The notes under the pieces are model-generated. The model was not told where the DNA came from, did not search any database, and saw only the letters and a list, made by a program, of their open reading frames with translations. From Schizochytrium sp. TIO01 (lineage: Eukaryota; Protista; Bigyra: Labyrinthulomycetes), in the NCBI GenBank assembly GCA_004764695.1, contig SMSO01000035.1:3794040-3858039 (forward strand): DNA of 64,000 nt, written 5' to 3'. A program made the translations under genes and the position numbers. Positions 12,801 through 19,961 of the stretch are shown piece by piece (position 1 is the first letter of the stretch; each line of letters begins with the position of its first letter).

Positions 12801-14558
12801 CTTGGAGAGAGCCTTTCTAAGTGCTTTAGATGAGGGGGCGCTCATACAGGTCTGTGCCGGTGAGTTTGCCTTGGTTAGTTCAAGTCCTACTTGAATAAGA
12901 AAGTTTGCCCAAGAAGGAGGGTCCTGTCCACTTTGTAGTATCATATTCTTGAGATGCTTCTCGAAGCTGACTTTGGTAAACGCATACTTGTAAAAGGACT
13001 TGAGTGCGTCTTCATGTGAATTCCTACGCAGCAATAACTGCAATATGGCACCACCTCTGTCCTCCAGCATCCTTAACAAAGCAGATTCATCAAGCTGTGC
13101 AGCAGTCCGGCCTAACGCAGGAAGAACAACACTAATTGCTTTTGAAGAGGGGCGCCGGAGAGCACATGAGAGAGCCGATGTCATTTGAGACCACACCACT
13201 TGGTTAACGCCCTGAACAGTCTCTAAAACTGGCACCCACCGTGAACAGACGATGGCCAGAAGATCTAGAGCTGCCCAATCACATTGTGCGAAAAGAAGCT
13301 GTGCAAAGCGCGTTGAATTTTGTGCCCACTTATCTAACTGTACATCGGCAATGACTGGCGGGCGAATGCGCTTAAGCGCGACATAAATAATAAGCCAAGC
13401 AGTCAAGACACCCGTTGTACGTGTGGAAAAGTCCGTCTGCTGACATGCAGAGTGCATATCCTGATCAAGTGCATAGAACATTTGCGTATAAACAGCTTCT
13501 TGCGAAATCCAATCTGACTCGAACTCAGGTCTTAAGAGAAACCTCGTAGCGCTGTTGAGAAGCTCTGCAGTCTCTTTACCTGGGACTGGGTAAGATGCGC
13601 ACATGCCCACCACTGCATTTACAAGTGTTGGAAAATGCATACGTATCTGAAAGAGGCCTGAGACTCTCCGTGCTACGTCTGTGAGAGTGTCCAACACTTT
13701 CACAAACCTCAACTGTGCTACGGCGCTCACGCCCATCCCCCCTCCAGCATTACCAGAGTTCGCGCCATCCAACGTGCTTCTGTGGCTTGAGGCCAGACCT
13801 GCACTTCTTGAAATAAGGTCACGCGTAACTAGAAGATCATTTACCACGGTACTCAGCATACTTGATGGATCGTGGTAATGAATAATCGAAGCTGCTGTCA
13901 AGTGCATCCAGCTCTCGCCAGCATGTTTTTTTGCGAAGATGTAGTTTTGCTCTAATCCAGAAAGGACCCACTCTATCATAGATCCTGGAATCTCCTCTTC
14001 GCAGATGGCCACAACGGCACCTGCAAACTCCCTTCCACATGCCGCCAAATTTGAAGCCGTTTGTTGCAAAATGCTTAAAAGCGTTGCTCGCTCGGTAAGA
14101 TCTGCATTTGATCCCATCAAAAGCCTTGCAAATTCCTGTGCATATCGCTCCCGCAACTCGGAGTCTGATGACCATGATTCTGCTGCATCCGAAATCTCCA
14201 TTGCCCTCTGTGTGGCGCTTGAAGTCCCCACTTGTGATGCCGAAGTCGAGGTTGTATCTCGAATTTTCGCTCCAACCTTCAAAGTTAAATCCGGCTTTTG
14301 CTTTTGTTTCTGTTTTTGCTTTTGGCTTGGCTTTGAGTCAAGATGATCTCCCGCATTGTGATCCATATCCATGTTTAATCCAGACGTTGTCGTCAAAGAC
14401 GGAGACGCTGACGATGGTGACAATACCGCTGTCGAAGCCGCAGCTGCTGCCGATGGGGACGTCGCCGCAGTGTTTGCACTGCGACTTGCAGGTATTTTTG
14501 CGGCGTCTGGGGCGCCAGCAGGCGATGCCTTTGTCTTGGCGTCGCCTTGGTCTCCCAT
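6807..14558 (-). CDS. SMG1: Serine/threonine kinase SMG1 (PIKK family, nonsense-mediated decay)
   Basis: PIKK motifs TSKTRPKR, FLLKGGDDMRLDERVLQ, GLGDRHISN and VHIDYNVCFE (DYN is SMG1-type); ~600-aa insertion between kinase and FATC; FATC end LARMYEGWMPFV. First ATG at 14558; frame open to 14630. Confidence 0.88.
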   Translation of the reverse strand: MGDQGDAKTKASPAGAPDAAKIPASRSANTAATSPSAAAAASTAVLSPSSASPSLTTTSGLNMDMDHNAGDHLDSKPSQKQKQKQKQKPDLTLKVGAKIRDTTSTSASQVGTSSATQRAMEISDAAESWSSDSELRERYAQEFARLLMGSNADLTERATLLSILQQTASNLAACGREFAGAVVAICEEEIPGSMIEWVLSGLEQNYIFAKKHAGESWMHLTAASIIHYHDPSSMLSTVVNDLLVTRDLISRSAGLASSHRSTLDGANSGNAGGGMGVSAVAQLRFVKVLDTLTDVARRVSGLFQIRMHFPTLVNAVVGMCASYPVPGKETAELLNSATRFLLRPEFESDWISQEAVYTQMFYALDQDMHSACQQTDFSTRTTGVLTAWLIIYVALKRIRPPVIADVQLDKWAQNSTRFAQLLFAQCDWAALDLLAIVCSRWVPVLETVQGVNQVVWSQMTSALSCALRRPSSKAISVVLPALGRTAAQLDESALLRMLEDRGGAILQLLLRRNSHEDALKSFYKYAFTKVSFEKHLKNMILQSGQDPPSWANFLIQVGLELTKANSPAQTCMSAPSSKALRKALSKLREHPELQTQWLELVLVNCKLEHGSSSKVYCSLIETAAKLALKQRRRSLLILALQSAPDNSLSPVIARACTLGNAEDVSICTLAVEKTSDKALVLALLDAANPGVQRIAAARVGCLEFAVQGQLLSRAQNFLDHIWAAGETRSRGFEHVDDYLQQVLTCGMQFVAHRISADSNLTAVAHSRRAAVASVFADQLVQRKLRSYAGPASQTLMQLDHLIHAVQAATLPSAPMKTEDAVAHVSVGRALVFHLERAILLAADAGARIRAEEAQEKESASSTPDAAAASARAEFGTKNLPVHVDQSAEARKACKFFDKNRQVCQNWLRNTRKRILDDKYASTPDADFIWHAWRSLLEVPDEGQPNPQILRKLGQALVQRCEDASIIKELNKWVPATGSDIWERTIAAAALQSHESYEEAARMYASATQDLLADRDTLGTWDASLEALRWNVQGAMDCLVASGDTTGVSQWSMFLTQEQESAWEASQEALADALTCSASSLYLSGPLANLTTQGCVMVPSLLEPISRLSPSLMEDSSRSFSDYWTSKALLEQVGMIQSAADSDHIYGTYEGLVQADRALQKDFTLAFLSGANHRCLSRYQTQLWAVRACGLRDDLQALPVSRIEEISSLPAMWWPLRLATEQARPSALLVAARKAHETGNMQCAQRLLLCYDEREPTNENESDSVHLLRKFLAAPDSPQSDQLISQLAPAQAHTAHMELGRLETEPETRKVHLWHACETASSLVDSNIDGMCWYEFGQLCENEGDLESAVSAYAKFVCWSSGTRKTLGLRTAACLRLLGMVPQLEAAVSGDECRASLAKTPTLAWTQLLPQVLAGAARPSEILQGLALRIAREHPGRITWSIIAAREQLGEDLFRELRAQIPSFSGAEAIVAELVGSAIWLEERWYALIKRTLAQKMKTLEAIRSIQSNVYFDEATKRKSCRDVMQPSISNLQDHFEATFGSSVGPDKEDSPDDDFDSSTSSTYADKRKEVARPSRSRELRQSIGRAIQMMDSFEVYGVESAWDALESEERKLAAWLHMRQGDAKMREFAPKLFCSTALEGASLLRVPGHWDVGIHSFEDRIQALTSKTRPKRVWLRGMDGGKYGFLLKGGDDMRLDERVLQIGYIMDSLMPMPHSIRTYEVVALGQSVGLVQWVEGARPIMDIYEERCAADDRKALKGDAHLNVIHRRLAEAKGVSIDVAREIRRTDWPEQVVVESLRELEALVPRNLLARELCTTSRDAGDWWQRSKRYSRSLAGSSIFGYIMGLGDRHISNIMLDLSSGPGSGELVHIDYNVCFESGHRLAVPETVPFRLTQVLRDALPLQRPIGPEGERLQFLEKDGAYAGWARSTMQCMRNHKELIQSLVGSIVNDSSISWTGTKVKTADNSLNVNVSISLLASEVHLSEDDDVVDVNALLSLEEQYKTALDQVPSEETSLRHVESMLDDIEGGVAPKNQVKDDPRAVLHAQEAEIDELRNNLLLRREWLTEALQSIIQVQVRCDRMQAQLASGSIALQQGHVLPRVEASLTKSFTTFDVRRDAPAADLKATTDRAMTCLNDLQRGLKQYGEASTYGSQTLVDDWLARLQILRSSIHEVLDTAQSLVDVKDYSFSDRDIERMTQSIRRCQQNIESTISGVNPDNVQDQVAQIAKQCIDPTIAWKHAYALDWFWNAGIGAFDRSGAALSAVKARLDLRRELLYMDAELGRSIEAFRRAGAQSDTSRRSVLESAESLKRVLSSVAKIEAQAADIRIPPSMEEDTGYNSGNKPEGTEGSSAGTTGVPMALQSWESMSLDAEFLPLVEETSREVFELARGVLEGLELMQQTRGLREAAKEIDEAEEARRQYRQGKLDKAEQLRSALENELEHVRSTALLNNAQVWANISNIRRGADQEGPFFELASDLIAQRTLSSQVDITLNRLVQCTQRIRESLRKLLTLARKGTGDFGRRAPDEETQRKRRQVKATEVLRRLDAKLSASEPVETLVATLTAQATSEKRLARMYEGWMPFV

Positions 14559-14894
14559 CGCGAGCAAAGGTGGACCTGCGACAAAAGAGACACTCCGAGG
14601 CGATGCTGCGGTTTTTGCAACAACCTTCAAGTATGCAATGCGATCAATTCAATCCTATGAGCCTTGAAATAAACAAATGTTTTCACTAAAAATCATTAGA
14701 TACGTACATAGAGTAACACTAGCTAGCTAGCTAGCCCCTGCTCTAAGTGGCACTGCTAATCTACTACTACCACCGCTACCTGCCGCCCTCCACTGGCAGC
14801 AATAGAACATTTCTGATATAGTTCATTTGTGCCACAGGAAGTATGCTGCGACATGCTATAGAGTATAGCAAAATAGGCGCCTCTGTGCCAAAGC

Positions 14895-15960
14895 CGAATA
14901 TTATATGGTTGAGATTGGAAGCAGACTGTAAATTTTAGTTGGTACGCATGGTTTTGTTAGTGCGAATGTGTCACACAGAGGATTGCGATGCCAGATTGTG
15001 GAGTGCGGAGAGGAGACGATGAGGTAGATACACCAATAACAAATACATTGGCCTAAATTGTACGAGCAAATTAGGTTTTGTGCATATACCTGGGATGGAG
15101 AAATGAACTACTTTGCATGAAGTATCAGCTTAGGGATGAGGACAAGAATGCATGACTTTTATCACAGGATAGATTGTTAAAGATATATATATCTCGATTT
15201 TCAAGGGCGATTACAGTCGAAGATGCACATTGTTGATCCTGTTTTATGTGTATACACAAGGCGTCGTTGTTGTCTTTGCATCCCAAATCTTGCTATCCAC
15301 AAAGTAGGAGGAACACTTCTACTGTGTTGATGTGACCTTCTTTGATATATAGACAAGTAAACATCTATTCATTTTGATCGATTACCATATTCCACGACCA
15401 TGCTGTCCATAAAGAATACATTCTATCCATGAAGCTGTCAAAGATCTGAACTTGCTGATTGCGGGTACCGCACCTAATGCATACATACGGCGTTATATTC
15501 AAGGTTCTCAACCGACTTCTTAAAGTGCTAAAGTAGACAACCCCCAACAGAAGTTTAATTGAGAGCTCAAAAGTGTCGCGTCCTTGTTGACGATACTATA
15601 ATGAATTAGTTTCATTATCAAATCTCTCTCAAAGACATTAGTGTTGAAACAGGTTACCTGCCATCCTTGTTAGAGAGATGGCAGAGCTACCTGTGCAGTG
15701 GCCAATTTACATGTAAAATCAGTCTACCGAAGAGGCACTGTCAAACAAAAAATCGCGATGAGCTGTTCCTTTCATGTGGTTGATAATTGTCAATCTGTTC
15801 GATGATTAACGGCGAGAGCATCTCGGCAAATAAGCTTGAATGAAAGCAATGAAACTCGGGGCTAAGTCAGGCTAAGTTGTCTTCACTATCTTCAGGAACT
15901 ACGATGGCGGTCGTCTGTAGTCGTCGCCTCATAACCGAGATGCCTTTGTAAACTATTCTC
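14895..15960 (+). mobile_element. Highly degenerate Ty1/copia RT-RNase H remnant
   Basis: Collinear motif remnants across frames: LYG..W (14901), HGF (14947), GDD (15012), GEMNYF (15097), LLSQ, VDP, PNLA, HEAVKDLNLLIAGT (15428; cf. HxxAVKRILRYLKGT), STEEA (15723), VDN (15778), LHYLQE (15881). Many stops and frameshifts; no LTRs identified. Confidence 0.5.
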
Positions 15961-17279
15961 TGTAAGAAAAAAATAGTTGATGAAGTTGTAGGATCAAGCA
16001 ACGTAGCTAGCTATATAGGTTGATGTAGTTGAAAAATACACCAAGATCAAATCCATGAGATATGTCCAGAGAATTCTATCACCAGCAATATCTTGATTTC
16101 CTATTACAGAACCTAAAAGCCTGTCCGAGTCGTGAGAGCAGGCCTCTTTTAGTAGTCAGATTCTTTCCTGTGTTTCTATTTTATTTAATTAAAAGAGAAA
16201 AAAGTAAAAAAGTAAAAAACTCTCTTTCCAGTTATCAGTGATACTTCATAACCAAATCAATGCAATGAATGTTTTTAAAATACCCCTGTTCAGGTTTTAA
16301 AATGTGAGAAACGAGTTTTTCGAGAGTCCATTTTATTCGTACTTGAACCCCCCCCCCTCCCCCTGTCATTGAGAACATGATCATTTCTATGCTATGAGCG
16401 CTGGTTTCCCACCTCATTGCTGTGTATTTATTGGGTCAAGTCTGTTTTAGAAGGTAATGGAGGCGCCCATTCAGTAGGATTACTGCTCTTGATTCTTGGT
16501 GCCTTGACAAAAAAAGGACAAGGTAAAAATAAAATAGTATTTATTTTCTCCAAGGCTAATGACAGTAGGATCTCCAGTCCACCACGCCACTTGAAAGAAG
16601 AAATGCACACGTGGTAATCTGGTTTTCTCCATCCAAGCACTCTGGAACCTTCTCGAGGTATCATTTTCATTGCAGACAGTCAAAGTCTCTGACGCTGCTC
16701 TCAAATAATTTGATGGCTCCCAGAATAAACATTTGTTTTGATTAAAAGAGCCTGGACACACACAAAAAAACAAAACAAAAAACGAAAACCTTTCTTCTCT
16801 TCGACAAGTTTGGGCCGTATTGGTTCTTTCCGAGTCATTATGCAATAAGCCCGCGAGTTCAAAGTGCCTAACTAGTTCTACATTCCTCGCCATGCTTGCT
16901 CTCAATGGTCTTAGGTATGTATCCCTGCAAGCGCTCTCAACAGAACCGTCTTGCTTCCAAATCCACCCTCAGGAATTTTAATTTTAATTCTTAATTTTAA
17001 AAAATCCTCTTTACATGTATAGGTAGGTAGGTGGTATCCATTGAAGCGCCTCTCGCATACGAGAAGACTTTACATTGAACGACGAGCAATATTTCAGAGC
17101 ACTCAAATAGAGCAGTCGCTCTCAAATAGAGCAGTCGCTCTCAGGTGTTACTCACTTTTCAAAGAAAAAAATACTTTAGAAAACTGTTTTTGTTCTGTTT
17201 TCCTTTAAAATATTAGAAAATATGTGGAGGTACTACATAGAAGCATTCCCCATTTACGAGAAGACTTTACTTTGAACGA

Positions 17280-17733
17280 TGAAGCAGCACTACTAGGAGT
17301 CGAGGCTAGTGAGATCAGCGTCCTGGACACCGACGGCATGATCTCCGTCGAGTACGTCGCTACGAGCGAGGCCGGGTCGGGAGGAGACCCCCTGACTGCC
17401 GAGAATCTTCAAGCGATCCAATCCATCCATAGCCTCCTCCTGGCTAGCGTAACCTCGTTGGTGGAGAGTGGACTTGGACTCGATGCCGGTGACATCGAGA
17501 CGAGTGAGCTCGACCTTTGTACGGGTCGGACTTGCAATGATCGAGGAACTTGTAATAGCGACACCGGGGTCTGTGCTTGTGATTCTGGCGACTACTGGGG
17601 CATCAATTGCGAGACGAGCGTCAGTTGCCTCGCGGGGACCAAGCACCCTTCAAAGGCCTATTGTTTGTGCGACTTCCCAGCCTACGGCGAGCGCTGAGGG
17701 AACGCTGCCATTGATTGTGGTGTGTGCGCGTAA
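17280..17733 (+). pseudogene. 5'-truncated SEA-like/EGF-like extracellular protein gene end
   Basis: DLCTGRTCNDRGTCNSDTGVCACDSGDYWGINCE followed by a second EGF-like module; TGA at 17695-17697 sits where Cys is expected (YGER*), and the frame continues GNAAIDCGVCA to TAA at 17733; no own start codon. Confidence 0.75.
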
Positions 17734-17783
17734 ATTAAATCCATTTTTTTGGGGGGGGATTTGTGCAATGATCTGAGTGTGAT

Positions 17784-17796
17784 CTAACCCTAACCC
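17784..17796 (+). promoter_or_regulatory. Telomere-like/telo-box motif CTAACCCTAACCC upstream of the orphan ORF
   Basis: Two tandem CTAACC units about 72 nt before the ATG at 17869; function inferred. Confidence 0.3.
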
Positions 17797-17868
17797 CTGA
17801 GCGCTCGCTCGGTGAAGGTTTGGTCTTACAAGTCAACCAAACATCTATCTTGATCGCGTCGAGCAAAC

Positions 17869-18426
17869 ATGGCGCCCTTTGACGAGTCTAACAACAACGA
17901 CGGTAGCTCCGGTGGGATGATGGACCTTGCGCGACTCGTTGATTTAAGTCACAAAGTAATGAATTCCATGCGGGAAATTTATCGTTTGGATGTAGCTCAT
18001 GTCAAGAAGCCTGACTTAGAAAAGCTATTGCTTGATATAGAGAAAGCAACCTCCCAGGCATTAAGGGACCCCGGCATAGATAAAAACTCGGCAATCAATC
18101 TCGCCATACATTGTGGTATGGACGAATGCGTCGATTTGTTGGTAACATTGATTGAAAATGTCAAGGAGAGTTTCGCCGCACTTTCGAAACATAAAAATTA
18201 TTATCATGTTTGCCCTGATGTGTATGTCGACTTGTATAATGACGTGATCGAATCGCTCCAGAAAAATATCCCTGAATTCACAATTGAGTTAAGCAATGAG
18301 GAATTCGAAAACACCATGAACGATCTCGGAGCAAAATTGTCATCTATCAACAAATTATACAAGGTGTACAAGTTTAGCAAGAACCTTTGTGAGAATATAA
18401 TTATCACACCCCGGGATAGTTATTAA
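17869..18426 (+). CDS. Hypothetical protein, 185 aa, predicted helical, no recognised family
   Basis: Intact ATG-to-TAA ORF with AAACATGG start context and amphipathic helical patterning; visibly more AT-rich than its flanks. Confidence 0.65.
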   Translation: MAPFDESNNNDGSSGGMMDLARLVDLSHKVMNSMREIYRLDVAHVKKPDLEKLLLDIEKATSQALRDPGIDKNSAINLAIHCGMDECVDLLVTLIENVKESFAALSKHKNYYHVCPDVYVDLYNDVIESLQKNIPEFTIELSNEEFENTMNDLGAKLSSINKLYKVYKFSKNLCENIIITPRDSY

Positions 18427-18501
18427 ATCTTTGCTACATCAATCTATGAATTTACCAACCCCTCCCTTAAACAAGGAAATCAACATTTGATTAGTTTATT
18501 T

Positions 18502-18930
18502 TTAGTTACCACCCTGTGTCCATTGAAGTGTACATCGCTTCCCATGCCAAGGCCATCGACACTGGCAGTAGGAGAGGCCTGTGAAGGGTTGGGATCCATT
18601 GTTGGCACATGAGACGGCGATCTCGCAATTTACACCCCATTATCCACTTTTCTCCTTACAAGTACATAACCCAGTCAAGCTATCACATGTCCCGCGGCCA
18701 TTGCAATCTCGATTGGTGCAAAGGTCCACTGTGCTTGAGCTAATATCGACGCCCAGCTCTTCTTCGATAGAGGATGCAAGTGCACTTGGTTGTGCGCTAA
18801 TGATCTTCGATGCTTTCAGTTGCGCTGCAACCCCCCCGTCGTCGACGTTGTCATCGCTTGCGTCGAATGTGAATATATAGGTCAGGCTAATGCTACCACT
18901 TCCCGTGTCACACCAAGTCAGTGTTGAACC
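18502..18930 (-). pseudogene. 5'-truncated SEA-like/EGF-like gene end, paralogous to 17280-17733
   Basis: GSGSISLTY...DLCTNRDCNGRGTCDSLTGLCTCKEKSG*WGVNCEIAVSC...YCQCRWPWHGKRC...GGN*; premature TAA at 18640-18642 sits where Tyr is expected (paralog has GDYWGINCE). Confidence 0.8.
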
Positions 18931-19961
18931 ATATTTCAGAACACTCAAATAGAGGCGCCCTCAATTAGAGCAGTGGCTCTCAAATGGAGCAGTCGCCCTC
19001 AAATAGAGCAATCGCTCTCAAAGAGAGCAGTCGCCCTTAAGAAGAGCAGTCGCTCTCAAAGAGAGCAGTCGCTCCCAAATAGAGCAGTCGCTCCCAAATA
19101 GAGCAGGTGTTACTCACTTTTCAAAGAAAAATAATAATTAGAAAACTGTTTTTTGTTCTGTTTTCCTTTTAAGTATTAGAAAATGTGCGGAGGTACTATA
19201 TAGAAGCATTCCCCATTTACGAGAAGAATTTACTTTGAACGAGGGACAATATTTCAAAATACTCAAATAGAAGCGCCCTCAAATAGAGCAGTGGCTCTCA
19301 AATAGAGCAGTCGCCCTCAAATAGAGCAATCGCTCTCAAAGAGAGCAGTTGCTTTCAAAACGAGCAGGTGTGCTTTACTCATTAAAAAACAAAAACAAAA
19401 AAACGTTTTTAAATGTGTTTTATGTTTTTTTAAATTAGAAAATATGTGCAGGTACCTAGAAGTATCTCTCATGTACGAGACGACTTTACTTTGAACGATA
19501 ATCTAGTGAACTTCTCCATACTGCCCGTAATCCTGTGTTAAGCTTATTCTTTTCTGAGCCTATCGATGATAACACCCCCTCTGGTAGTGCGCTTGGTATA
19601 ATCTGCCACCATCCAAAAAACATATGAGAGCACTTAGTTCTCGATTAGTGACTATGCGAAAAAAAAAAAAGGAAAAAAAAAAGGATTTCTATCTACTGAC
19701 TTCTTCTTTTCATCATCAAACTTTTAATTAAAATAAATTAAAGAAACGAAAAGGCGACCTTGATAGCAATTTATTAATTAGTACTATATCAAGTAAAAAA
19801 ATAATTTTAAGACTATTTAATTTTTGGTTTGCAAACTTGTACAAAATCGAAAGCAAACCCCAAACGCGCAAAATCAAGAAAGCAAACCCCAAACATCGTA
19901 CACGACGGCAGTGTATTGGACAAAGGTATTCTTTCAGGGCACGTGAACAAGGTATACAACC

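Larger units (their letters stand above)
17043..19499 (+). repeat. Higher-order direct repeat (~200-300 bp units) containing arrays of a 19-bp palindromic unit CTCAAATAGAGCAGTCGCT; second unit interrupted by an insert
   Basis: Block ACGAGAAGACTTTACTTTGAACGA recurs near 17059, 17256, 19219 and 19475. 19-bp arrays at 17102-17139 (2 units), 18944-19106 (7 full plus partial units) and 19262-19367 (4 full plus partial units), each followed by CAGGTGT..AT-rich..TTAGAAAAT. Confidence 0.95.

Noticed and set aside
16235-16920. Coding-like minus-strand fragments or a possible LTR between the copia remnant and the repeats
   Set aside because: No second LTR copy, PBS/PPT or identifiable protein motif seen
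17224-17279. ORF-track N-terminus MEVLHRSIPHLREDFTLN of the 157-aa ORF (and MSVLKY of the 18640-18948 ORF)
   Set aside because: These residues are translated repeat-unit sequence fused by chance to the captured fragments
17784-17796. Chromosome end or interstitial telomere
   Set aside because: Only two repeat units; too short to indicate a telomere
17280-18930. Insert as a TIR transposon/MITE because homologous sequences face each other at its ends
   Set aside because: Similarity is at protein level between diverged paralogs; there is no nucleotide-level terminal inverted repeat, clean TSD or transposase
18944-19367. 19-bp palindromic repeats as a CRISPR array
   Set aside because: The units are directly contiguous with no unique spacers, and no cas genes are present
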